Assembly: GCA_020631905.1 (NCBI GenBank)
Contig: JACKGQ010000001.1
Span: 101,854 to 165,853 of the forward strand
DNA length: 64,000 nucleotides
Reading direction: 5' to 3'
DNA from: Candidatus Nomurabacteria bacterium
Lineage (GTDB): Bacteria > Patescibacteriota > Saccharimonadia > Saccharimonadales > VXPC01
Both the position numbers and the translations under genes were made by a program. The notes below the pieces were generated by a model. It did no database searches. It saw only the letters and a list, made by a program, of their open reading frames with translations, and had not been told where the DNA came from. This document shows positions 36,471 to 44,965 of this stretch, one piece after another (within the stretch, counting starts at the first letter, position 1; every line of letters starts with the position of its first letter).

Positions 36471-37511
36471 TTAGTATATAGCAACGGCAGTGTAAATGAT
36501 GGTTGTAGTATATGTCCCAGCCGGTGTCGTAGAAGAAATACCAACTTGATGACCAACCCTAACTGTGTCGCTTGCAACACCAGCTGCAGTCGCAACTTCA
36601 GCATCTGAGGTAGTGAATGATGTCCATAAACCAGTGCCCGCACCATTCATCGACAAGTCGCTGTCGTCACTAGTCCATGCCCATGCTTCAGTGCCTGGTG
36701 CTGGGAAACTAGCCCCAGACAAACTTCCGCCCGCAATGGTGTCGCTTCCATTTGTCAGTAAACCCGTGTGTCTAATATAGACACTATAGCCACTAGTGGC
36801 ATTTGTGCTAATAGAGATGTCATGAGCAGAGACACCGTTAGTAGAACTAGTTACAGCCGAGGCGTGATCAATGCTAGTAGAGGTCGAGGCGACGGATGTA
36901 TTTTGCGTGGCTGCTCCATTCGGATAGACATCTTGACCACTTCCAACCGCATCAACGCTAAAGGTCAAAGATGGGTCAATCGTTAAAGAGACAAGTGCTC
37001 CATCGATATATGTAAATGTCATGATAACAGAATCAATCGGACCTCCTGTAGAACAGTCGACGTTGGCAAAGGTTTCAAGTACGCCAAAATAAGTGCCAGT
37101 AGCGCCTCCATTTACAACACCACCCCAAACAATGTTACCACTTGCGTTTGGGGTCGCACCACCAGCTAAAGTTGCCCTGAGCTGATCTGTGGCACCATCG
37201 ACACTACCAACGCTCCAAGAACCAGAGCTTGGTATGGATGTCGAGGTTAAGGTTATCGAGCTGAGGTCTAGGCCGGCGTCGCCACTGCCATCTGCACTAG
37301 TACCAACGTCGAGTTGGATACAGTTGATGGAAGTTCCGGTTGTAAACCCAGATGCTGCAACCGTATATGAAGAAGTTTGTGATGGACGTGAATCGGACAG
37401 ACTAATAGAAGCGCTAGTCAAGGCGGCAGCAATCACCGAGCCCGTCGTACTCAAACTCAAAACCAATACTGTTGATGTAGCTGCAGCTGAACGCAACAAA
37501 CTTTTAATCAT
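36471..37511 (-). CDS. Secreted Ser/Thr/Gly-rich protein 'C', candidate major surface subunit, with WxL-like C-terminal domain
   Basis: Signal peptide MIKSLLRSAAATSTVLVLSLSTTGSVIAAA. The C-terminal domain ...STNATSGYSVYIRHTG...WTSDD...AGTYTTTIIYTAVAIY is shared with the 1262-aa protein. Confidence 0.6.
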   Translation of the reverse strand: MIKSLLRSAAATSTVLVLSLSTTGSVIAAALTSASISLSDSRPSQTSSYTVAASGFTTGTSINCIQLDVGTSADGSGDAGLDLSSITLTSTSIPSSGSWSVGSVDGATDQLRATLAGGATPNASGNIVWGGVVNGGATGTYFGVLETFANVDCSTGGPIDSVIMTFTYIDGALVSLTIDPSLTFSVDAVGSGQDVYPNGAATQNTSVASTSTSIDHASAVTSSTNGVSAHDISISTNATSGYSVYIRHTGLLTNGSDTIAGGSLSGASFPAPGTEAWAWTSDDSDLSMNGAGTGLWTSFTTSDAEVATAAGVASDTVRVGHQVGISSTTPAGTYTTTIIYTAVAIY

Positions 37512-37530
37512 ATCTTAATCCCTCGCACAT

Positions 37531-38454
37531 TTATTTGCGTTTAATTCTACTTTGCTTAAGCTTTTTGCGCAAATTATCACGAGGCAATATTGGTTTGAGT
37601 ATTTTTACCATGAGTATAGAAACAAGTACTAATCCAACAATTGAAAAAAACGATGGTAATTTTATGACTGTGTTTGTTTTTGATATAGCTTGAAGCTGAT
37701 TGGCATATGTAAGTCGAACACTCAACTTATACCTGCCCGATTCAAGTTGGTCTGGAGGCAGCCACGTAATCTTTCTGACCGTGCCAGGAAGCAGTAAGTC
37801 TTCGATTCGGCTTTCGGAAGTTATTACACGGTCATCAGGACCAAGTACTTCGAGATTTACAATTGGTCTTTCGTGAATGGTTCCGCTATTTTCGATTAGG
37901 ATGGTGCGCTCTGAGAACTTACCAAAAACAAGTATTGGTGGTTTGGCGAGACTAACTCTAAGATCATGTTTTACTTCCCCCTTGCTAGAGATTAAAACCG
38001 GGACAGAAATTTCTGTATTAACAGTAACCCCGCTACTAGACAGTGATTCATAGCCACTAACCTTAAAGACAACCGCCGCATAACTACCCACTCCACCAGG
38101 TATTTTTTGACCATCAATCAATATGGAAACTGTCCGACTTTGTCCTGGCTCTAATATTAACTGTTTCTCCGATACCCCAATAAGCTCTCTTGCATCTATA
38201 TAGGTGCTGTTGGGAATTATGCTATCTTCTGGGTTCAATGATCGAGTATAGATTTCTACGGCTACGGCTTGCCGGTATAGGTTCGTTAGTCGTATATCCT
38301 TGTCGATTGATTTATTGTCGACAGGTGCATCAATAATTGCAGGGCTAACTGTGAGCCCCTCTAGGGTCGTTGCGGCGGCACTCGACCGCGAAAAGAACAA
38401 TAAGGCAAGACAGGTCGATAAAATAAAATATTTAGTAGATTGCACTAACCACAT
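37531..38454 (-). CDS. Partner protein 'B': paralog of 35451-36389 (DUF916/DUF3324-like, C-terminal TM anchor)
   Basis: Signal peptide, LTVSPAIIDAPVDNKSIDKDIRLTN..., the LPGTVRKI motif, and the C-terminus FFSIVGLVLVSILMVKILKPILPRDNLRKKLK. It overlaps the giant gene by 23 nt. Confidence 0.6.
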   Translation of the reverse strand: MWLVQSTKYFILSTCLALLFFSRSSAAATTLEGLTVSPAIIDAPVDNKSIDKDIRLTNLYRQAVAVEIYTRSLNPEDSIIPNSTYIDARELIGVSEKQLILEPGQSRTVSILIDGQKIPGGVGSYAAVVFKVSGYESLSSSGVTVNTEISVPVLISSKGEVKHDLRVSLAKPPILVFGKFSERTILIENSGTIHERPIVNLEVLGPDDRVITSESRIEDLLLPGTVRKITWLPPDQLESGRYKLSVRLTYANQLQAISKTNTVIKLPSFFSIVGLVLVSILMVKILKPILPRDNLRKKLKQSRIKRK

Positions 38455-41400
38455 AATTTACTTCTGAGACATAGGACCCTGCTGCTTGATTTGCGGTAGT
38501 AGTCACCCGATGAGTAATAATAAAGTTTTCATTAACTATTGGGGCGCCTATTACTGGGCCTGGGTTGTCGGCCACAATATCCCCAGGCTGTGTAAGACTG
38601 AATGGCACATAGCATGGAGGGCTTCCTCCGCCCGCGCAAACAGCTGGGCTGAATTTGTTAATACCCTGAACCAGATTATCATTTGATGTATACCCATAGC
38701 CAGTATCTCCAAGCTGCCATCCATCGGGCGATAAGTACGAGCCGCCAGAGAAGGCTCCAATTGTATTGCCATCATAGCTTAGATCACCAGATAAAAACGC
38801 CCGAATTATGTAACCAGAACGAGCGTTTGTACTGGTAGTTAAGACTGTTGTTTGAGTATCTGTATAACTATTAGACGAATTCAGATTATTAAAACTAACG
38901 TTTGTAGGTGCTGCCGAAAAAGTAATCGAAGGTGCCACCTGTTGGCCATCGCTACTAGCTATCGACAAGTTGTCGGCGTTATCAGTTGTTCGTACATTTA
39001 AATAATATATTTCTGATGTCTGCAGACTAAGCGAACCAGCACTTACGGAACTACTCGTTCCATTTGAAGTCCAACCGACCACATCAGTTCCGCCGATAGT
39101 TGTTCCAATCGAATATTCAAACAAGCTGACTCCGGATACTGCATCTGTAATATCCCAGTTCGCATCAAGTGTATCGAGTGTTCCGTCGTTATATTCGATA
39201 TCTACAGAAACAGTAGATCCGTCATAGACACTCCCACTAGGGTCAGTCGAATCCATAATAAAATCAGCATTTGCTTCAGGGTTAACCCCGAAACTCACCC
39301 AAGCTGATGTTGCTCCTGCGCCGTCTTTTATCCGAGCTTGCCAATGATACGATGTGCTATTACTCAGACCACTAATAGTAACACTAACACTGACTGCGCT
39401 TCCAGAATAAGATACTGCCGTACCGCATTGAGTTGGAGTATTAGTAAATGAGGTTCCAATGTCTTGAACCTCAACACAAAGCTGCAAATCATCGGGGTTG
39501 TCTGGATCCGTAGCTTGAGCAATAAACTGTATCTGGTTACCGTTCGCATAACTTCCTACGCTTAGACTTGCTGAATCACTTGTTCTTATCTGATCTAAAC
39601 CACCTGGCGAATTAGGTGGATTGTTGGCGGCTGTTAATTTTGCGATTATTACTTCTATGTATGGCGGGAGATTTGAATCTGTAGAAAAATTATCAATTGT
39701 AATATTGTGAGTGTGGGTTCCTGAAGCTGTATTCGTTCCACCAGTTCTGCTATTTACTGTACTGCTTGGCGCCGAGGTTGTCAGTACTGTGGTGCCATGT
39801 GAATGAGTCGCAGAACCCCCAGTTCCACCATAGCTGCTAGCTGGTTTCATAAAATTTTGATAAAACGGACCTCCGCTACTTGATAGGTTCGTCCATGATA
39901 CCGAAATTGGTCCATCCCACATTGCTAACATGCCTGTAGGGACTACGCCATCAGCGCTTATTTTCCCTAGAATGGTATTGATATAAGGCGGTTCGTTATT
40001 CTGCGTGTCACTTGTGCCGCTATAAGTATGAATGTGGTTATCCGCTGCAACCGGACCTTGAGTTCCGGCAGTATTGGGCGCAACCAGAATACCAGAGCCT
40101 AAATCAGTAGTTCCAGAAATGCTATGCGAATGCGTATTGCTACCGCCCGTCGAGCCGACGGTCGATTCACCTCTTATATAATATCCATCTTGAGTGCTGT
40201 AACGTGTCCAACCAGCTGGTACTGTGGCGTCAAACGGTGCAATCGTTCCGCTCGGGATTGTAGATGGTGTACCGCTATCGTCTGCTCTTATTACCATGAG
40301 TTGTCTATAAACAGGCAAATTACTAGCAGATCCTATTGTCGGTGTGGACGTATGAGTATGCCCCCGAATTATGCCCGAACCAGCACTAGATCGACCAGAA
40401 GTCACAGACGTGTCGGTATTACCATCGGCTGTATGCGTATGAGAATCCGAACCTCCAGTTGCACCGTAACTTGTATCCCCTCTTATAAACTTTTGGTAAA
40501 AATCTTCGCCTGGGTTGCACGAAACGCAGGTCCAACCAGTAGGTGCAGTTCCCCCATCCCAAAAAAGAAGCATATGACCCATACCATCATCAGAGGTAAT
40601 CTCAGGAATTACACTGTAAGATTCCAGCTCTAAGTCAGTAGCCCTAACTACTCTGAAACAATAAGAAGTTGAAGCCGGTGCTGAATAATCAACTAGACTA
40701 AAATCCCATAGTCCATCCTCACCGTTACTTATAGCACTGATATTATTTGTAAAATTATTTGCCTCTTGATACGACTGAGCAACAATCGAATCTGAGCTAT
40801 GAGTAGGATCGTTTGCATTAGTTATCAAGGTATCGGCATCGCTCACACTTGGATTATCAAAATATCTAATATCGCCCGAAACATCGCTTACATCTGAGTA
40901 AGATTCGCCAATAAAACTCGTATCGCATGTGCCCGACTTGACTGCGTACTGTAATTTTAAACCTGCTCCATTAATGTCTCGATTTGATACGCTAACGTGT
41001 ATAGTTAATCTGAGTCGAAAAGCAGTTCCCTGTTTTGGCGCATTAGCACTGGTATCTTGTGTACCTAACGGACTTCCAACATCTGTGGTGTCCGTATTCG
41101 CATACCAGCGATATGCGCTCTGATCTAAATCACTCGGAGGTTGATATTTAGCGATAATTACATCTATATAGGGAGGAATGTTGTTATCGGTCGAGAAACC
41201 GGTTACATGTATTAAATGTGTGTGTAGGTCGTCAGATGCATTAGGCGTACCGCCAGTCCTAGATGTGTTGGTTGTAGAGGGAGTGCCAGATAAATACGAT
41301 ACATCGGCATGGGAATGAGTGGACGAACCACCAGTTGTACCGTAGCTTGAGGAACCTTTAAAGAAATTCTGATAAAACGGCCCCCCTGATCCACTTTTAA

Positions 41401-42220
41401 CTAACCAGCTTGTAGTCGGATCATCATCCCACATTGCATACATGTTCAATGTCGGAGCGGCACTACTGGTTGCTTGACCAAAAATTACTTCAATGTACGG
41501 TGGTTCGTTATTTGCAATGGCTGATGTACCTGTTGCATCATGCGTGTGCCCATTAGAAGAAACTATGTCCTGAGTACTAACAGTGTTTCTAGCTCTATTT
41601 CCACCTGATGCACCGGTTAGTGTTCCACTTATAGCGTGTGTATGAGTGTTGCTTCCGCCAGTGATGCCCGCTGATGATTCACCATATGGATAATACCCAT
41701 CTTCTGCAGAATATTGCGTCCACCCACTAGGCACAGTCGAATCAAAGAAAGCTATTGCACCTGTGGGTATAATTGCTGGGTCTCCTGAAAAATCATAACG
41801 AATAACTTTCAGTTGACGGAACAAGGGCAAATTACTTGCAGAGCCAATGGCTGGCGTAAACGTATGGGTATGCGTATTGTTATTTATGCCTGTTCCTGTA
41901 TTAGACCGTGCTGGCATAGGGTCTGTGGTAGCATCTACTGAACCGCTGGCCGTATGCGTATGAGTAGTAGCTCCACCGGTGCCACCATATGTGTCGCTAC
42001 CTCTAGGAAAAACCTGGTAGAATGGATCACCACCACTACACGATACACAAGTCCAATCGGTTGGGGCTGTCCCACCGTCCCAGAAAAGGAGCATATGGCC
42101 GTCACCCGGAGTTGCGTGAACCGACTGCGACTGAAAAACGTTAATAACACTGTTTTGCATTATCCCTAACAGCATTACTATCACAACTAAATAGTTTCTT
42201 AGGCTTCTGATTCCTCGCAT
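38432..42220 (-). CDS. Giant secreted protein 'A' (1262 aa): 2 x 3 tail-collar/MdpB-like HxH modules, beta-sandwich domains, WxL-like C-terminal domain
   Basis: The signal peptide ends VHA. The six modules each have a (W/F)D...GW motif, two HxH motifs and an NN.PPYI.VI-type end. The last 16 residues are AGSYVSEVNYVVSAIY. TATAAT (42253-42258, minus strand) and GGAGGAAG lie upstream. Confidence 0.85.
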   Translation of the reverse strand: MRGIRSLRNYLVVIVMLLGIMQNSVINVFQSQSVHATPGDGHMLLFWDGGTAPTDWTCVSCSGGDPFYQVFPRGSDTYGGTGGATTHTHTASGSVDATTDPMPARSNTGTGINNNTHTHTFTPAIGSASNLPLFRQLKVIRYDFSGDPAIIPTGAIAFFDSTVPSGWTQYSAEDGYYPYGESSAGITGGSNTHTHAISGTLTGASGGNRARNTVSTQDIVSSNGHTHDATGTSAIANNEPPYIEVIFGQATSSAAPTLNMYAMWDDDPTTSWLVKSGSGGPFYQNFFKGSSSYGTTGGSSTHSHADVSYLSGTPSTTNTSRTGGTPNASDDLHTHLIHVTGFSTDNNIPPYIDVIIAKYQPPSDLDQSAYRWYANTDTTDVGSPLGTQDTSANAPKQGTAFRLRLTIHVSVSNRDINGAGLKLQYAVKSGTCDTSFIGESYSDVSDVSGDIRYFDNPSVSDADTLITNANDPTHSSDSIVAQSYQEANNFTNNISAISNGEDGLWDFSLVDYSAPASTSYCFRVVRATDLELESYSVIPEITSDDGMGHMLLFWDGGTAPTGWTCVSCNPGEDFYQKFIRGDTSYGATGGSDSHTHTADGNTDTSVTSGRSSAGSGIIRGHTHTSTPTIGSASNLPVYRQLMVIRADDSGTPSTIPSGTIAPFDATVPAGWTRYSTQDGYYIRGESTVGSTGGSNTHSHSISGTTDLGSGILVAPNTAGTQGPVAADNHIHTYSGTSDTQNNEPPYINTILGKISADGVVPTGMLAMWDGPISVSWTNLSSSGGPFYQNFMKPASSYGGTGGSATHSHGTTVLTTSAPSSTVNSRTGGTNTASGTHTHNITIDNFSTDSNLPPYIEVIIAKLTAANNPPNSPGGLDQIRTSDSASLSVGSYANGNQIQFIAQATDPDNPDDLQLCVEVQDIGTSFTNTPTQCGTAVSYSGSAVSVSVTISGLSNSTSYHWQARIKDGAGATSAWVSFGVNPEANADFIMDSTDPSGSVYDGSTVSVDIEYNDGTLDTLDANWDITDAVSGVSLFEYSIGTTIGGTDVVGWTSNGTSSSVSAGSLSLQTSEIYYLNVRTTDNADNLSIASSDGQQVAPSITFSAAPTNVSFNNLNSSNSYTDTQTTVLTTSTNARSGYIIRAFLSGDLSYDGNTIGAFSGGSYLSPDGWQLGDTGYGYTSNDNLVQGINKFSPAVCAGGGSPPCYVPFSLTQPGDIVADNPGPVIGAPIVNENFIITHRVTTTANQAAGSYVSEVNYVVSAIY
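39641..40579 (-). repeat. Intragenic duplication unit 2 (aa 548-860; modules 4-6)
   Basis: GHMLLFWDGGTAPTGWTCVSC...LPPYIEVIIA. The module order and motifs are the same as unit 1. Confidence 0.8.
41141..42100 (-). repeat. Intragenic duplication unit 1 (aa 41-360; modules 1-3)
   Basis: GHMLLFWDGGTAPTDWTCVSC...PPYIDVIIAKYQ is collinear with aa 548-860. Confidence 0.8.
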
Positions 42221-42294
42221 TACAGAGCTAAGCTTCCTCCAAGCTTAAGCATATTATACCAGCCGAGTTGCTAAAAATGTTGTAGAATGGCTGC

Positions 42295-42705
42295 ATGGAA
42301 TATTGGCTGGTTAAGGCCGACCCGGAAACAGATTATTCGATCGACGATCTGAAGCGCGACAAGCATACAGTTTGGGACGGTGTCCATAATTTTGCCGCCA
42401 TTGGTCACATTAAACGAATGAACCCAGGTGACTTTGTCTACATTTATCACTCACAGAAAGCTAAAAGTATCGTCGGCATGGCCGAGGTCAGCGGCAATCC
42501 ATTTGAAAATCATGACGATCCACGACCCTCATGGGCAGTAGAGTTAACTTTTGTCAAAAAGACCAGACCTGTGACCCTTCAAGACATTAAAAACGAGCCT
42601 ATCTGTGCAGATTGGCAGTTGGTGCGAAACAGTCGTTTAAGTGTCATGCCCGTGCCTAGGTCGGTCAACACCTGGCTAGAGCAACAGACAGCTGAAAGTG
42701 ATTGA
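42295..42705 (+). CDS. EVE (PUA-like) domain protein
   Basis: MEYWLVKADPETDYSIDDLKRDKHTVWDGVHNFAAIGHIKRMNPGDFVYIYHS...IVGMAEV is the typical EVE/DUF55 signature. Confidence 0.75.
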   Translation: MEYWLVKADPETDYSIDDLKRDKHTVWDGVHNFAAIGHIKRMNPGDFVYIYHSQKAKSIVGMAEVSGNPFENHDDPRPSWAVELTFVKKTRPVTLQDIKNEPICADWQLVRNSRLSVMPVPRSVNTWLEQQTAESD

Positions 42706-42748
42706 AAACTCTTAAGCTTAGGCTATACTAAATTAGTAAGTAGTTACA

Positions 42749-43993
42749 ATGGAAAACCCAACCAAAAAAATTGTTATTATTGGTGCTGGCACGGCTGGCA
42801 TAATGCTGTCGAACAAGCTCGTCAAACATAAGTTAGATGTGACTGTAATTGATAGCTCCGAAGTTCATTATTACCAGCCAGGATTTTTATTTTTACCGTT
42901 TGGTAAATACAATCTAGACAAACTCAGACGCCCGTTATCAAAGTTAATCAACAAAAAAGTTACCCACCTACGAGACAGAGTCGCCAGTATTAACTATAGT
43001 GGCAATAGCTTAACGACTGAATCAGGCCAAGAGGTAGGCTACGATATTCTTGTAATCGCAACCGGTACTCATATAGATGCCTCGGCGACCCAAGGCTTAA
43101 GTGGTGCTGGTTGGCGTAAGAATATTTTTGACTTTTATACACCGGATGGTGCTATGGCACTACGCGAAGCACTGCAAAACTTTACCCAAGGTAAGCTAGT
43201 TGTCCAGATAATGGATATGCCAATTAAGTGTCCGGTAGCACCGCTAGAGTTTGCTTTCTTGGCAGATGACTATTTCCGTAAACGTGGTTTACGAGACCAA
43301 ATCGAAATCGAATACGTCACTTCTTTGTCTGGGGCTTTTACCAAGCCAGTCGCCTCAAGCAAGCTAGGTCATTTACTCACCGATAAGAATATCAATATTG
43401 TTGCCGATTTTTATGTCGAAAAGGTCGACCCCGAAGCCAGAAAGCTAATCTGCTACGATGGGCGTGAAGTTAATTATGATTTATTAGTAACTATCCCCGT
43501 GAATGCAGGTGCCGACTTCTTGCATAACTCAGAAATTGCAAACGAATTAGGTTTCGTCGAGGTCAACCATGGCAGTTTGCAGTCAACCAAATATCCAAAC
43601 TTATTTGCGATAGGCGATGCTGCCGACTTGCCCACCTCTAAGGCTGGGTCGGTGGCACACTTCGAAGTCGAAACACTTGTAGAGAACATCATGCGTAGTA
43701 TTAATGGCCAACCACTAGAAGAATCTTTCGATGGTCACTCTAACTGTTTCGTTGAAGCCGGTGGTGGCAAAGCATTACTTCTTGATTTCAACTACCAAAC
43801 CGAACCGCTCGAGGGCAGATTTCCGTTCGCTATGTTTGGGCCGATGAAGCTACTTAATCCAAGCCGGATTAACCACCTTGGTAAGTTAGCATTTCGTTAT
43901 ATCTACTGGTACATGTTACTGCCTGGGCGTAAAATACCGTTTATACCAAACAAAATGAGCATAAAGGGTAAAAAACAGCCAAAAATAAGCTAA
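42749..43993 (+). CDS. Sulfide:quinone oxidoreductase-like flavoprotein (pyridine nucleotide-disulfide oxidoreductase family)
   Basis: N-terminal KIVIIGAGTAGIM, the SQR-type Cys loop MPIKCPVAPLEFA, AIGDAADLPTSKAGS, and a second Cys in HSNCFVEAG. Confidence 0.7.
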   Translation: MENPTKKIVIIGAGTAGIMLSNKLVKHKLDVTVIDSSEVHYYQPGFLFLPFGKYNLDKLRRPLSKLINKKVTHLRDRVASINYSGNSLTTESGQEVGYDILVIATGTHIDASATQGLSGAGWRKNIFDFYTPDGAMALREALQNFTQGKLVVQIMDMPIKCPVAPLEFAFLADDYFRKRGLRDQIEIEYVTSLSGAFTKPVASSKLGHLLTDKNINIVADFYVEKVDPEARKLICYDGREVNYDLLVTIPVNAGADFLHNSEIANELGFVEVNHGSLQSTKYPNLFAIGDAADLPTSKAGSVAHFEVETLVENIMRSINGQPLEESFDGHSNCFVEAGGGKALLLDFNYQTEPLEGRFPFAMFGPMKLLNPSRINHLGKLAFRYIYWYMLLPGRKIPFIPNKMSIKGKKQPKIS

Positions 43994-44008
43994 TAAGGGA
44001 GGGTGAAA

Positions 44009-44320
44009 ATGCAAAAAGAAATAGCAGGGCAAAATGTTGAGGTAGATGCCGAAGGCTATCTGGCCGACTTAAACCAATGGAACGGTGAGATTGCCAAAGC
44101 AATTGCTAGTGAGCTTGGTATAACCGAGCTTAGTCAACAGCACTGGGACGTCATTAACTGGTTACGTGATCAAAAAGCTTCGGGTAACGAGCTAAACATT
44201 CGTAAGGTCGGGGGTTCTGGGGTTGTAGATATCAAGCAGTTTTACCAGCTTTTTCCAGGTGGACCACTAAAAAATGCCAGCAAAATCGCTGGCTTACCAA
44301 AACCAACTAGCTGCTTATAG
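44009..44320 (+). CDS. TusE/DsrC-family sulfur-relay protein
   Basis: ...GYLADLNQWNGEIAKAIA...LSQQHWDVINWLRD... and the C-terminus GLPKPTSCL (penultimate Cys). There is no second Cys upstream, so it is TusE-like rather than bona fide DsrC. AAGGGAGGG precedes the ATG. Confidence 0.75.
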   Translation: MQKEIAGQNVEVDAEGYLADLNQWNGEIAKAIASELGITELSQQHWDVINWLRDQKASGNELNIRKVGGSGVVDIKQFYQLFPGGPLKNASKIAGLPKPTSCL

Positions 44321-44331
44321 AAGGAGATGAT

Positions 44332-44907
44332 ATGAGCAAACATCACAAACAAGAACACGATAACCATACACTCTGCCAGGTCTGCAATCAGTGTAAAGAT
44401 TGCTCAGGCTGTAGATGTACAGGCCTACAAGATACCCAAGGATCACCCTTGCGAAAAATGATGATCGTTGTTTCTAAAGCTGGTATCGACAGTGTTTATG
44501 CTGGCCTAATTATGGCAAACGGAGCGCGTAGCGAAGGTATCGAGGTCGATATGTTCTTTACCTTCTTTGGATTAGATGTAATCACCAAAAAACGCATGGA
44601 GCATCTCAAGATTGCTTTGGCTGGCAATCCTGGCATGCACATGCCGGAAATAGTTGGTGTTTTTCCGGGCATGGAGAATCTGGCCACGCATATGATGATG
44701 AAGCGAATGGACGAGTTAGACATCCCACATGTCGGTGAATTTTTGGATATCATCAAGGCTGCAGGTGGAACTATCTTTGCCTGCAAATTAGCGATGGAGA
44801 TGTTTAACCTGTCTGAGCAAGATTTGTATGAAGATATTGATGGCGTGCTGACAGTTGGTCAGTTCTACGAGCGATACAATCCCGGTACTCAGATAATCTT
44901 TATCTAG
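44332..44907 (+). CDS. DsrE/DsrF-like family protein with N-terminal Cys-cluster extension
   Basis: The core MMIVVSKAGIDSVYAGLIMANGA...VDMFFTFFGLDV...GGTIFACKLAMEMF is DsrE-like. The N-terminal stretch LCQVCNQCKDCSGCRC has six Cys in 16 residues. Confidence 0.65.
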   Translation: MSKHHKQEHDNHTLCQVCNQCKDCSGCRCTGLQDTQGSPLRKMMIVVSKAGIDSVYAGLIMANGARSEGIEVDMFFTFFGLDVITKKRMEHLKIALAGNPGMHMPEIVGVFPGMENLATHMMMKRMDELDIPHVGEFLDIIKAAGGTIFACKLAMEMFNLSEQDLYEDIDGVLTVGQFYERYNPGTQIIFI

Positions 44908-44919
44908 TAGCTCAACAAT

Positions 44920-44951
44920 AAAAAATAGCTCCCTTGTCGGAGCTATTTTTT
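44920..44951. terminator. Bidirectional rho-independent terminator between convergent genes
   Basis: AAAAAATAGCTCC-cttgtc-GGAGCTATTTTTT. Confidence 0.75.
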
Positions 44952-44965
44952 AGTTTCAATTAGAA

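Noticed and set aside
38486-42169. Multiple track ORFs inside or antisense to the 1262-aa gene (for example 40124-40633 +, 38551-38775 -, 41954-42169 +)
   Set aside because: They are embedded in a long, motif-rich minus-strand ORF. Their products are low-complexity Arg/Cys/Ser strings typical of off-frame translation.
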